From positions 96,001 to 160,000 of IMG/VR virus record IMGVR_UViG_3300036985_007703: DNA of 64,000 nucleotides; one strand, written 5' to 3'. Shown piece by piece: positions 36,438 through 45,958 of this stretch; position 1 is the first letter of the stretch, and each line of letters opens with the position of its first letter. The translations under genes were made by a program, and so were the position numbers. Source of the stretch: a virus. The notes under the pieces were generated by a model. That model worked only from the letters and a program-made list of their open reading frames with translations. It did no database searches and had not been told where the DNA came from.

Positions 36438-38294
36438 TTAATCCCTCCGCCCATGGCCCGCCGCCCGCCGATCCCGGCGCGCTTGCCGAGCCTGTGCCTC
36501 TAGCGTCCGATCGATCCCTTCGACCCGCGCCGCCATGCGCTCCGTGAGCCGCGTGACGCGCCCGTGCTCGCTCAGCAAGCGGTCCAGCCGCGCCTTCACC
36601 GCCGCGTCGCCCTCCAGGGCGCGCCCGCGGGGCTCCTCCGCCTCGGGGACCGCCCCCTCGGCCGCCCCCATCTCCGGTGGGAGCCCGCCCTCGGCGCCCA
36701 TCGGCCCCATCACGGTCTCCGGGTACTCCCGGATGATCTCCGCCTGCGTCGCCGCGTCGCCCTTCATGGCCCCGCGCTTGTCCTTGCGCGCCTCGTCCGT
36801 CACGTAGATGGCCTCGTCCTGCGAGAAGCCGAACACGTGCTGGAGGATCCAGGGCTGCGGCACCAACTCGCCGAGGCCCTGCGCGAGCTGCGCCTGCTGC
36901 AGCCGCACCTCCAGCTGTGCCAGCTCGAAGATGTAGCTCGGCACCGTCATGTGGAGATCGAAGGCCACCGCGTCGGGGTCGATCCCCAGCGCCGCGAGGT
37001 GGACCCGGCAGATCTGCTTCACACCGTTGCGCACCTCGCGCTGCACCCGCATGGCCGCCCGCGCGAACCGCACGTCGTCCCCGCTCGCGATGCGCCCCGT
37101 GGTCTCCTCCATCCCGAGGAGGCGCTTGGGGGTCTGCGCCGCGGCGAGCACCTTGTTGCGGAAATACTCCAGAATGTCGAGGTCCTGCGAGTCCACGCCC
37201 TGCAGCACGTCGACGCGCGTCGAGTCCTTGCCCCCGCGCGTCGGCAGCCAGAGGTCCTCCAGCTGCCCCTGCACGTTGTAGCGGAAGTCCAGCTGCCCCG
37301 TGCTCGGGTTGAAGACCTTCTTGCGCGTGTACTGCTGCTGGATCTTCTTGACGTGCGCCCAACCCTCGGTTGGGGGCATGTCCCCGGTATCAATATAGAA
37401 TGCGTTGCGCGAGGGCCCGCGCGTCAGCTTGGTGACCAGCGCGGTGTCCTCCATCATCATGAGCCGCTTCCAGGCCCAGCGCCCGCCGTCCAGCACGCTC
37501 ACGCCGTAGACCGCCGTGGTGTCCTTCTGCCGCAACCGCCAGTGGACGATCTCCCAGGGCTCGAACACCACGCACCCGTTGACGGGCTTGCGCTGGTCGC
37601 GCGCCACCTTCAACGCCGCGTCGAACTCGCGCTGCGTGAGCTTGAACTGCCCCGTGGGGTCCTGGATGAAGCCGAGGGTCGTCCCGTGGTTGTCCTGCAC
37701 GCGCCGCATCGTGGGGGGCGCCAGGAAGTTGATCCCGACGACGCCCATCTTGCCCACGAGGACCTCGCCGAAGCGGTTGCCGTACTTGCCCAGCGTGCGG
37801 GCGAGCCCGTGGACGTCGTCCTCCAGGCGCAGGCGCCGCGTGAGGAGGTCCTCCAGCACGTCGCGCACCAGCTTGTCCTTCGAGGAGGCCCAGATGCTGC
37901 GCCCCGTGTTGCTGTCCGGGATCGAGGCGTCGTCCGCGTAGAGCGTGAAGATCGACGAGGTGAGGTCGTAGTCGTCCATGTCCTCGGCGTCGCGGTACCG
38001 CTGCATGAGGTCGTCGGAGAGCTGGAGGGCCTGCGCGACGGGGCTGTTCGCGTCGAAGTTGCCGCCGGTCTGCAGGGCCAGGGCCCCCACGTAGCCGTCC
38101 TTGGCAAGGAGCGGGTTGTCCTGGTGCTTGCCCGCGATCTCGGCGCCCTGGGTCACGCCGCGGGGCGCCGTGGGGCCCTCGTGGGCCGGTCCGCTCCCGC
38201 GCCCCAGCCATCCCCGGATCTTGTCCCAGAGGCCCCCGCCCTTGTCCCCGGCTCCGGTCGGCTGCTGCTGTTGCTGCTGCTTGGGATCCGCCAT
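36438..38294 (-). CDS. portal protein (T4 gp20-like)
   Basis: WKRLMMMEDTALVTKLTRGPSRNAFYIDTGDMP, EDLWLPTRGG, DILEYFRNK. Confidence 0.95.
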   Translation of the reverse strand: MADPKQQQQQQPTGAGDKGGGLWDKIRGWLGRGSGPAHEGPTAPRGVTQGAEIAGKHQDNPLLAKDGYVGALALQTGGNFDANSPVAQALQLSDDLMQRYRDAEDMDDYDLTSSIFTLYADDASIPDSNTGRSIWASSKDKLVRDVLEDLLTRRLRLEDDVHGLARTLGKYGNRFGEVLVGKMGVVGINFLAPPTMRRVQDNHGTTLGFIQDPTGQFKLTQREFDAALKVARDQRKPVNGCVVFEPWEIVHWRLRQKDTTAVYGVSVLDGGRWAWKRLMMMEDTALVTKLTRGPSRNAFYIDTGDMPPTEGWAHVKKIQQQYTRKKVFNPSTGQLDFRYNVQGQLEDLWLPTRGGKDSTRVDVLQGVDSQDLDILEYFRNKVLAAAQTPKRLLGMEETTGRIASGDDVRFARAAMRVQREVRNGVKQICRVHLAALGIDPDAVAFDLHMTVPSYIFELAQLEVRLQQAQLAQGLGELVPQPWILQHVFGFSQDEAIYVTDEARKDKRGAMKGDAATQAEIIREYPETVMGPMGAEGGLPPEMGAAEGAVPEAEEPRGRALEGDAAVKARLDRLLSEHGRVTRLTERMAARVEGIDRTLEAQARQARRDRRAAGHGRRD

Positions 38295-38313
38295 GCCGTC
38301 ACGCTCCTCGCGC

Positions 38314-41268
38314 CTAACCCATCAGGAAGGGCAACATGGGGACCTCGGCCTCGCCCTCGGGGCCCGGCTGCCCGGTCACCCACGCGAAATCCTCGGCCTC
38401 GGCGCGCCCCTCGCCTGGTTGTAGCACCCCGAGGGGCACCCTCGGAACTTTTTTCAGGAGCCCCGCCACGACGCCCGCCACGGCGTCCGCGCAGTCCTTG
38501 GAATTGTGCACAAACACGCCCGCAGACAACGCAAAATTGTTCCACACGTCGACCTCCAGGTCGTACACCGGCACAGGATCGGCCAACTGCACGGGGATGA
38601 CAGCACGCACCTTGTGGTTCAAACCGTGGCGCGCCAGCAGGTCACTCCATGAGGAAAACCCATGTTCGCGCAGCACCCGCATCACGGTATTGCGACCACA
38701 TCCGATAGCACGGGACGCGGCATTGGCATTGTCTACAGATGGATTACGGGCGGCCTCCAACACAACACCAAGATCCACGTCAGATCGGAACGCGCCACTC
38801 TTCCGAGCACGGGCACGTCGCTGCTCAGGCGTCATAGAAGCTATCATGCGGCTCATCGCCTCGGCATGGATGGCTCGCCCACGCGCACTCAAATTAAACG
38901 CCTGCAGACCATCGCGCACATGCTGCTCATACACAGCATCCTCTAGGTGCCGTTGGATCGTGTGCTCTCGCGAGTGGTCCTCTCGTCGAATGATCTCAAT
39001 GTTGTCTGGCCTATTGTCGGTCTTTACCCCGTTGCGATGATGCACGATCTCATCCTCGCACACAGGACGCTGGAAGTGCTCAGCCACAAGATAGTGGGTG
39101 AGTGTCCTGTGACCGTGCGCATCGGTCAGGCGCTCATACCCACCATTGACAGGCCAAACCTGACTGATAGGCATCAGACGATCTACCCCAGGCACAAGAT
39201 CGCTTGCTGGCTTGTAAGATCCATCCCGAAGCATCCACGGATGCTCTGGCGTGCAACGGACGACGGCCCCGCTGTCAAGCACAACATCCAATAGGGCACT
39301 CGTCGTTTTCGTAAGGCGCCCCCGCGCCAGCCCCGGCACAATCGTCCCATCATTCCGCGCAGAATAAACCCACACCTCGCGCCCGCATAGCTCCGCTATC
39401 GTAGGCCGCGTGCCATCCATCAAAGGAATGCGCGTCTCCCCCACAAAACATCCCGCCATCGGGTGGTCAATTTTTCCTCGCATACGATCGTGCTCCAGGG
39501 CCCGCAGCTCCCCGAGCAGGGGCGCGTGGTCGTACAGCTCGATGCGCCGCTCGTAGATCGCCGAGCGCAGGGCCTCGTAGGGCACCATCGTGACGTCCAC
39601 GCTGAGGATCTCCGAGGCCACGCCGCGCCGGCGCATCGCCTGCAGGGTGTCGGCGCTCTGGTACTGGTCGCACGAGAACCCGATCAGCGAGAACCCGTGC
39701 GCCTGGAGGTCGTAGACCACGGCCCGGATGTCGGCGAGCTGGATCTGCTCCCCCGGCGGGGGCCGCACCTGCAGCACGAGGTCGAGCACGAAGGCCGGGG
39801 CGAGGTCCGTGTAGTGATCGCCCTCAGGCGTCCGCCGCACGACCTCCACCCAGCGCTCGATGTGCCCCATGGCGATCCCCGTGCAGTCCCCCGACAGCGA
39901 GGTGTCGATGTGGACGTAGCGGAAGGCCTTGGGGTTGCGGAGGGGCGTCCAGGCCTCCTCCTCGAACCCGCCCGGCAGGCGCCGCACCGAGGACTTGGCC
40001 AGCTGGTGCCAGTGGATCACGAGGGGCTCCCCGTACTGCCAGGTCTGGCGGTGCGCGGGGTGGCGCCGCGCGGGGTCCACGGCCTCCTGGATCTTCTCCG
40101 TGCGCTGGATGAACACGCTGATGGCCGTCGTGGGGACGCCCGCGATGTCGCGGATCGCATCCTCCAGGTTGGACTCGAAGTCCACGCGGTACTCCTCGGG
40201 GACCGCGATCACGCGCGCCTCGTCGGGGAGGGTCGCGAGGTTCACCTCCTCGCCGGGGGGCAGGATGCGACTGCGCAGGGAGCTTCCCCCGCAGAGCACT
40301 TGGAAGGTGCGCCCGCTGAAGCTCCCCGGCGGCTTGACCTCCCACGTGGCCATCTCCATCGCGTAGATCGAGGGGTCGTGGTGGGCCGCCGCGAGGCGCC
40401 GGTCGATGAACGACCCCACCGTGTTTGCGCTCGACACCATCACGATCATGCCGGGGAGGTCCCCGCTCGCCTGCACGAAGCGCGACTTGATGCGGCGCTC
40501 CAGGGAGCGGTACGTGACCTCGGCGTGGTCGTAGTGCGCGAGGCTCTTCTGCTGGCCGTCCGCCGTGCGGATCTTCTGCTTGGTGGAGCGCACGAAGTTG
40601 GTCTCGTCGAGGGCCGCGGCGAAGGCGTTGGTGCCCATGGAGCGCTCGGCGAGGTAGCTCGCGACGATCATCTGCACGTTGTAGGGGAAGTACGTCGCCT
40701 CGGTGTGGACGTCGGGCTTGAAGTGCTCCTGGAAGTACGGGCTGATCGCGAGCTTGTTGTCGATGGCCGACTTGAGGACCTGGCGCGCAAGGACCAGGTT
40801 GCGGCTCACGAGCACGATGCTCATCTCGGAGCCCGGCGACATGCCGTAGGAGGCCTGCGGGTTCACGAGGCAGCTCAGCTCGTAGAGGAGGCGGCACATG
40901 GCGATCGAGAGGGCCGTTGTCTTCCCCCACCCCGTGCTGCCCCCCAGGATGACCTCGCGGTAGTGCGCGCCCGGCTCGAAGATCTCGATGAGCTTGCGCC
41001 GCAGGACCGGGTAGAGCGTCTGGCAGGATTCCCCCAGGTAGTAGGGATCATCGATAAAGGTCGCCATGTCGACAGGGGCCACGCGGTACCGCTTCGCGTA
41101 GCACTCGTTGGCGATCTCGGGGCGCCCCGCCTGCTCCTCGTACAGGAGGGCCTCGAAGAGGCGCCGCTCGTCGGGGGGCAGCGCGCCCAGGCGCCGCAGG
41201 AGGGCGGCCCGGCGCTCGGCCGGCGTGCGGACGGTCCGCGTGCGCCCCTCGGGGGTGCGGATGATCAC
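38314..41268 (-). CDS. terL: terminase large subunit (intein-containing)
   Basis: Walker A GGSTGWGKTT, Walker B AAALDE, nuclease motifs YVHIDTSLSGD and KIDHP../SKDCADAVAG. Confidence 0.95.
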   Translation of the reverse strand: MIIRTPEGRTRTVRTPAERRAALLRRLGALPPDERRLFEALLYEEQAGRPEIANECYAKRYRVAPVDMATFIDDPYYLGESCQTLYPVLRRKLIEIFEPGAHYREVILGGSTGWGKTTALSIAMCRLLYELSCLVNPQASYGMSPGSEMSIVLVSRNLVLARQVLKSAIDNKLAISPYFQEHFKPDVHTEATYFPYNVQMIVASYLAERSMGTNAFAAALDETNFVRSTKQKIRTADGQQKSLAHYDHAEVTYRSLERRIKSRFVQASGDLPGMIVMVSSANTVGSFIDRRLAAAHHDPSIYAMEMATWEVKPPGSFSGRTFQVLCGGSSLRSRILPPGEEVNLATLPDEARVIAVPEEYRVDFESNLEDAIRDIAGVPTTAISVFIQRTEKIQEAVDPARRHPAHRQTWQYGEPLVIHWHQLAKSSVRRLPGGFEEEAWTPLRNPKAFRYVHIDTSLSGDCTGIAMGHIERWVEVVRRTPEGDHYTDLAPAFVLDLVLQVRPPPGEQIQLADIRAVVYDLQAHGFSLIGFSCDQYQSADTLQAMRRRGVASEILSVDVTMVPYEALRSAIYERRIELYDHAPLLGELRALEHDRMRGKIDHPMAGCFVGETRIPLMDGTRPTIAELCGREVWVYSARNDGTIVPGLARGRLTKTTSALLDVVLDSGAVVRCTPEHPWMLRDGSYKPASDLVPGVDRLMPISQVWPVNGGYERLTDAHGHRTLTHYLVAEHFQRPVCEDEIVHHRNGVKTDNRPDNIEIIRREDHSREHTIQRHLEDAVYEQHVRDGLQAFNLSARGRAIHAEAMSRMIASMTPEQRRARARKSGAFRSDVDLGVVLEAARNPSVDNANAASRAIGCGRNTVMRVLREHGFSSWSDLLARHGLNHKVRAVIPVQLADPVPVYDLEVDVWNNFALSAGVFVHNSKDCADAVAGVVAGLLKKVPRVPLGVLQPGEGRAEAEDFAWVTGQPGPEGEAEVPMLPFLMG
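38503..39450 (-). mobile_element. intein (316 aa) with HNH endonuclease, in TerL
   Basis: Starts CFVGETRI; block B CTPEHPW; ends VYDLEV...FVHN followed by Ser; internal IVHHRNGVKTDNRPDNI; lower GC. Confidence 0.95.
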
Positions 41269-42035
41269 GGGGCGGGGGCCTCAGCCTGCCCCTCAGCCCC
41301 CGTGATGTCGATGGTCTCGCTCCCGTAGAGGTCCCCGTCGTCGTCCGTGGCCAGGGTCTTGAACTCCTCCAACAGGGCGAGCACGCGCCCCCGCGCCGCG
41401 GGCCGCTGCAGCACGGCCGCCACCTCGTCCCCGAAGCGCTGCTGCACGTTGACCACGACGCTCTGGTTCATGACCACGCTGGCGCCCTTGCTGCCGTGGT
41501 TGAAGCCGTAGGCCTCCTTGACCATGTGCATGCGGCAGATGGTGTCGACCACCTGCTGGGCCGCCTGCCCCACGGCCGGGATGGGGACGCCCACCTGCTG
41601 CTCGTAGGCGAGGCCCATGTCCACCCGGCTCTTCAAGATGCGGTACATCTCCTCCAGCCGGCTGAACTCCAGCTCCTCGTCCTCCATGCGCTTGCGCAGC
41701 CACCCCGCCATGCGGAGCTGCGCGGCCCCCACGAACATCGCGCTCGGCATGTAGTTGGTGCGATAGGACAGGAGCTGGTTCTCCAGGACCCCGCGCGTGA
41801 TCTCCGTGCGCTCCTGCGCCTCATTCTGGATAAAGGCCGCCGTCGCCGCACAGGAGTAGCCCTCCGACAGCATGTCCCGCACCTGGGGCCAGCACGTCAG
41901 GGACTCCAGCTTGCGCGCCACCGCCGTCTTCGTCTTCCACCCGCTCTGGGGGGGCAACGTCGGCTTGTTGCGCTTCGAGATTGTAGGTTTGGGCTTCTGA
42001 GCCCCCTTCTTACCAACCACTCCGCCTGTCCGCAT
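41265..42035 (-). CDS. putative terminase small subunit
   Basis: Directly upstream of and coupled to TerL; N-terminal HTH-like region, helical middle, beta C-terminus (SVVVNVQ). Confidence 0.6.
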   Translation of the reverse strand: MRTGGVVGKKGAQKPKPTISKRNKPTLPPQSGWKTKTAVARKLESLTCWPQVRDMLSEGYSCAATAAFIQNEAQERTEITRGVLENQLLSYRTNYMPSAMFVGAAQLRMAGWLRKRMEDEELEFSRLEEMYRILKSRVDMGLAYEQQVGVPIPAVGQAAQQVVDTICRMHMVKEAYGFNHGSKGASVVMNQSVVVNVQQRFGDEVAAVLQRPAARGRVLALLEEFKTLATDDDGDLYGSETIDITGAEGQAEAPAP

Positions 42036-42080
42036 CGCTCCGCTCCGCTCGCAACATCAGCTGTCTGCCATCAACCGGGC

Positions 42081-42098
42081 TGCGCATGCGCATGCGCA
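42081..42098. repeat. 18-bp palindromic motif copy 8 (perfect, intergenic upstream of TerS)
   Basis: TGCGCATGCGCATGCGCA. Confidence 0.9.
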
Positions 42099-42110
42099 AC
42101 GCGCTCCTCG

Positions 42111-42665
42111 CTACTCGCCACGCCCCCCCGCGATCCCGAGCTTCTCCCGGATCGCCGCGAGGTCCGAGCGCAGCCCGCTGAGCTGCTCCCGCAGCCCATC
42201 CAACTGCGGCTGGATGCGGTCGCCCGCCAGCCGCAGGGCCGTCACGTGCTCCTGCATCACCCGCGCATCCGAGGCCATCGCGCTCACGCGATCCGACACG
42301 AGGCGCACCTGGTCTTCCAGGGCGTCTTGCCGCGCCACCGTCGCCTGCAAGTTGAAATACAGGGTCCCTGCCATGAAGACCAAGGGCACGATCCAGATAA
42401 TGATCCGCACCCAGGTGTCCCGCGTGAGCCCCCCCGGCGTCGCGGGCGGGGGGGGCGGCGGGGGGGCATAGCCCTGCACCGGCCCATAGTACGCGGGCCC
42501 CTCGGGCAGCGTGAACTGCCCCGTCACGTCCTCGTAGGCCCCCACCTGGCCGGGCCGCCCCGCGGGGTGATCGGGCCCACCCGAGTTGGCAGGGCCCGGC
42601 CCGTAGCCGCCCGGACTTGGGGGCGGGGCCATGTGCGGGGGACGGGGGTTGCGGCGGTCCATCAT
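42111..42665 (-). CDS. Pro-rich single-pass membrane protein with coiled coil
   Basis: Pro/Gly N-terminus, TM WVRIIIWIVPLVFMAGTLYF, heptad C-terminus. Confidence 0.65.
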   Translation of the reverse strand: MMDRRNPRPPHMAPPPSPGGYGPGPANSGGPDHPAGRPGQVGAYEDVTGQFTLPEGPAYYGPVQGYAPPPPPPPATPGGLTRDTWVRIIIWIVPLVFMAGTLYFNLQATVARQDALEDQVRLVSDRVSAMASDARVMQEHVTALRLAGDRIQPQLDGLREQLSGLRSDLAAIREKLGIAGGRGE

Positions 42666-42733
42666 GCCGCCAGCGTACCGAACGCCCTGCACATCTGCAA
42701 GGATCGCGTCGATCGCGCCGCGCGGACGCGGGC

Positions 42734-42822
42734 AAAAAAAAGGGGCCGGCGACAAGCTAGGACCAGGGGGGGTGGTCGCGTCGCTCAAGTCGCCGGCCCC
42801 ACAAGCCATAATGGGAGCCAAC
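42734..42822 (-). ncRNA. putative ~90-nt structured small RNA/attenuator ending in an intrinsic terminator
   Basis: 12-bp stem GGGGCCGGCGAC/GTCGCCGGCCCC enclosing a GACCA-C7-TGGTC hairpin, followed by T8; starts just after a promoter. Confidence 0.6.
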
Positions 42823-42828
42823 GCCATC

Positions 42829-42858
42829 ACCGTAGCGGGCCACCCCCGCTGCTGTCAA
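42829..42858 (-). promoter_or_regulatory. sigma70-type promoter TTGACA-N18-TACGGT
   Basis: Perfect -35, intergenic; same 18-bp spacing as the promoters at 46.06 and 62.65 kb. Confidence 0.7.
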
Positions 42859-42868
42859 GGGAGAAGCG

Positions 42869-43897
42869 TTAGGGCTTCGCGTTGCCGATGTCGGCCAGGG
42901 TGGTCTCGCCGAAGAGAATCTCCGGGGCGCCCCCCGCGAAGGCCACGATGCGGACCTGCGTGAGGTCCTGCAGGGCCTTGAGGTGCCCCGCCAGATCCAG
43001 CGTGGGATCGGGCAGCGCCGCGGCCGGGGCCTCCGGGGCCTCCGCGCCGGCCTGCTCCGCCGCCTCCAGCAGGGCCCCGCCGTAGAGCACCTTGCCATCC
43101 TTGGGGTCGACCGCCACGATGCGCCAGCCCGTCGCGTGCTCCACCTGCGCGAGGTACTCCGCGGGCTCGTTGCGGTTCATGTTCGTCGCCAGGAACTCCG
43201 TGCAGATCATCGCCAGGGCGTGCGGCTCGCTCTCCGAGGCCGCCATGTCGCACGCCTTCTTGATCGCCCGCTCCACCGTGTCGACTTGCGACCGCATGAG
43301 GTTCCGGCTCCACTTGACGGGCTTCTGCTGGATCTGGAGCTTCTCCTCGTCCTCGTCCGCCGCCGCGCCAGTCGGGAGGCCGTTGAGGCGCTCTTGCTCC
43401 GCGTCGACCTCACCCCGCACGAGCTTCTGCACGTCGCGCGTGCTCAGGCCCTCCACGCGGCCCAGCCAGTGCTCCGCGTTCTCCGCCGTGACCACCGGCG
43501 CGAGGTCGCGCGCCTTCGAGGCCCCCAGGCGGTCGATGCGCTCCTGCAAGGGCGCCGGGAGGCTGCGCCGCCACGCCCAGATCTGCACGAGGTACTGGGC
43601 CTTGCGCAGCTCGAAGTCGACCTCCGATTCCACGTACTCCTTCCACGAGGCGAACCCCCACGTCTGGTACAGCACCTTGTCGTACACGTGCCAGAGGGCC
43701 TCGCTCAGCTTCCAATAGTTGCTCTCGACGTTCGCCCGCAGGCGCTTCACGTCCTTGCGCACCTTCTCGGGCGCCCACTCGGCGAGGCGATCCTCGATCC
43801 CCACCTCCGCCGCGGGTTCCCCCACGCACGCCAGCTCCGTGTGCAGCCGCTCCGTCAAGACCTCCGGCACCGCCAACTCATCCTGCTTCTTCGCCAT
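42869..43897 (-). CDS. putative DNA-binding/regulatory protein
   Basis: YWKLSEAL...LYQTWGFASWKEYVE.E.DF..RKAQYL, a helical module seen in phage DNA-binding proteins; duplicated C-terminal RIVA segment. Confidence 0.55.
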   Translation of the reverse strand: MAKKQDELAVPEVLTERLHTELACVGEPAAEVGIEDRLAEWAPEKVRKDVKRLRANVESNYWKLSEALWHVYDKVLYQTWGFASWKEYVESEVDFELRKAQYLVQIWAWRRSLPAPLQERIDRLGASKARDLAPVVTAENAEHWLGRVEGLSTRDVQKLVRGEVDAEQERLNGLPTGAAADEDEEKLQIQQKPVKWSRNLMRSQVDTVERAIKKACDMAASESEPHALAMICTEFLATNMNRNEPAEYLAQVEHATGWRIVAVDPKDGKVLYGGALLEAAEQAGAEAPEAPAAALPDPTLDLAGHLKALQDLTQVRIVAFAGGAPEILFGETTLADIGNAKP

Positions 43898-43915
43898 CGT
43901 TCTGCTCGCTTTCCC

Positions 43916-43933
43916 TGCGCACGCGCGTGCGCA
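43916..43933. repeat. 18-bp palindromic motif copy 9 (perfect variant, intergenic)
   Basis: TGCGCACGCGCGTGCGCA. Confidence 0.85.
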
Positions 43934-43952
43934 GCCCGCCGTCTGCGTTCTG

Positions 43953-44501
43953 CTAGAACAGCTTCTCTTGCTTCCACTCAAACGATCCTACGTCGACCGC
44001 CCCGCCCGTCAACCTGTGAAGGTGGAGGGCCGCCACCGCCCAGGCGTCCGCCTGATTGTGGTCCGCCACGGGCACCCCCAGCTTTATCACGTGGGGCAGG
44101 ATCTTGTCCTTCTTGAGGTTCCCCTTGCCGAAGATCTCCTTGCGGATCTGGCTCACGATGTAGAGCGCGGGCTCCACCCGGCACGCCAGCCACAGTTGCG
44201 TCTTCACGACCCCATGCAGCTCCCCGAGGTCGTTCTGCGCCCCACGCGCCCCCCAGGCGAACTGCTCGATGGCCACCCCGCAGGGGGCCGGTGCCGCCCG
44301 GTAGGCCCGCACCACCGCCGTCGCGATGTCGAGCATGCGCTCCACACGCTCCCGCGTCGTGGCCGTGCGCTTCAGCGCGTACCCCACGGTCTCCGCCGCC
44401 CAGACAGAGCCCGTGGCCCCGTCAAGCGTTACAAGTCCGGCCCCCCGATCCGAGAGATCGAGGCCGAGCACGCTCCCGAGATCTATTTTATGCTCCTCCA
44501 C
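43953..44501 (-). CDS. ruvC: RuvC-like Holliday junction resolvase
   Basis: VLGLDLS, VAIEQF, LGELHGVVK, GKGNLKKD, DHNQADAWAVA. Confidence 0.85.
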   Translation of the reverse strand: MEEHKIDLGSVLGLDLSDRGAGLVTLDGATGSVWAAETVGYALKRTATTRERVERMLDIATAVVRAYRAAPAPCGVAIEQFAWGARGAQNDLGELHGVVKTQLWLACRVEPALYIVSQIRKEIFGKGNLKKDKILPHVIKLGVPVADHNQADAWAVAALHLHRLTGGAVDVGSFEWKQEKLF

Positions 44502-44558
44502 GAATACTTCCTCCGGTGGATTTCGCCCAGACCGCCCCCTGGGGACCACTTTCCATGT

Positions 44559-45569
44559 TCATGGCGATGGTTTCTGCATAGATCCATCACCCGCGCACGC
44601 CTTGGCGATGTCCCGCGCGAAGCACGCCGCGCGCTGCGGGCACAACTTGGCCTTCCGATCCCCCTTGTAGCGGCACCCCGGCACGCAGCGCGCGGGCCAC
44701 GGGGGGCGCTCCCCCGCGCATCCCACCGCCCACCAGGCCTCATGCCCGGCCAGAGCGGCCCGCACATCCGCCACCGTCGCGTGCACCTCGGCCACCACGT
44801 TAGGGTCCGGGCGCACGAGGTGCTCCGCGAGGGCCCCCACCGCTGCGTCGGCCTCCTTGCGCACGTAGATGAGGCGCCCGCGCGCGAGCCCCGCCCAGTG
44901 CATGTACATCTGCACCTGCAGCGTGTGCTCGCGGAACGGGGCCCCGCCCACGGCCGGGTCGATCATGGCGAAGGCGCGGGGGCTCACCGTCTTCAGCTCC
45001 ACAACCTCTAGGGCCCCATCCGCCCACCGCAGGACCCCATCGCAGTGCCCCGTAAGGCCGTGGACGCGGTCCTGGAAGGCCAGCTCCACGTAGCGCCACC
45101 CCTCCCCCGCCGGCCGGGGGATCCAGCCATGGGCTAGGGCGGGCACCGGGGCCCTAGCGCCCACCACCCGCTCGACCGCGCGGTATTCTGGGCCCCCCTT
45201 GACGATGGGCACGTCCCGCTCCCACCACCCCAACAGGGTGACCCCCGGCAGCAGGGGCAGCAGCTCCTCCTGCCACGCGCGGTGGTAGGCCGTGCCCACC
45301 GCCGTCGCCCACACGTCCTTGGCGTCGTCCTCGCGGACCACCATGGGGGGCTCATCGGGCAGCAACACGGCGTGCGCCCGCCGCGCCCCCTCGGCCGCGA
45401 TCACGGCCCCGCGCGGGCAGAGCCGCCCCAGGCCGCTCGCGCGGAAGGGCCCGTCGCTCGTGGGGATGGGGTGCCGCTCGCGCCGCACGACCCCCGCGAG
45501 GGCGCGCTGCACGGCGTCATCGGGGGTCGTGGGGCGGGCCCACGCGTGGTCGGTGAAGGTCGCGAGCAT
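44559..45569 (-). CDS. Cas4-like PD-(D/E)xK exonuclease
   Basis: RASGLGRLCPR, GTAYH, GHCDG, VELKT, QVQMYM, C-terminal Cys cluster. Confidence 0.85.
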   Translation of the reverse strand: MLATFTDHAWARPTTPDDAVQRALAGVVRRERHPIPTSDGPFRASGLGRLCPRGAVIAAEGARRAHAVLLPDEPPMVVREDDAKDVWATAVGTAYHRAWQEELLPLLPGVTLLGWWERDVPIVKGGPEYRAVERVVGARAPVPALAHGWIPRPAGEGWRYVELAFQDRVHGLTGHCDGVLRWADGALEVVELKTVSPRAFAMIDPAVGGAPFREHTLQVQMYMHWAGLARGRLIYVRKEADAAVGALAEHLVRPDPNVVAEVHATVADVRAALAGHEAWWAVGCAGERPPWPARCVPGCRYKGDRKAKLCPQRAACFARDIAKACAGDGSMQKPSP

Positions 45570-45583
45570 GGCCTCCCCCCCGC

Positions 45584-45958
45584 CTAGCGCTTGAAGACCT
45601 CGTCGATGCGCATGGTGAGGCGGTGGACGGGCGTCATGTCGTTCATGGGGCCGTACATCTGCTGGAAGTGCACGTACCAGGCCTTGGCGTTCTCGAACCC
45701 CTCCAGGATGGCCTTGCGGTCGTCCTGGCGGCGCTCCCCGAGGCCGGACTTGTCCACGGTGGTGATGGTGGCGCGGGCGATGGGGTGGTCGGGCCCGAAG
45801 GTGACGCCCGGCACGGGGCTCGCGTGGGGGCTCGCCAGCATGACGACGGTCCCCGGCGTGTGGGGGCAACCGTTGTCTTTGTCGTAAAGGCGTGAGAGCG
45901 CGGTGGCTTCGCCGGCGAGGATCTTGCCGGTCTCAAAGCGGTCGAGGGTCACGGGCAT
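45584..45958 (-). CDS. ASCH/PUA-like domain protein
   Basis: KILAGEATALSR, IARATITTV, AILEGFENAKAWYVHFQQMYG. Confidence 0.6.
   Translation of the reverse strand: MPVTLDRFETGKILAGEATALSRLYDKDNGCPHTPGTVVMLASPHASPVPGVTFGPDHPIARATITTVDKSGLGERRQDDRKAILEGFENAKAWYVHFQQMYGPMNDMTPVHRLTMRIDEVFKR

Noticed and set aside
44559-45569. Cas4-like gene as a sign of a CRISPR-Cas system
   Set aside because: There is no repeat-spacer array or other cas gene. Stand-alone Cas4-like nucleases next to RuvC are common phage recombination genes.
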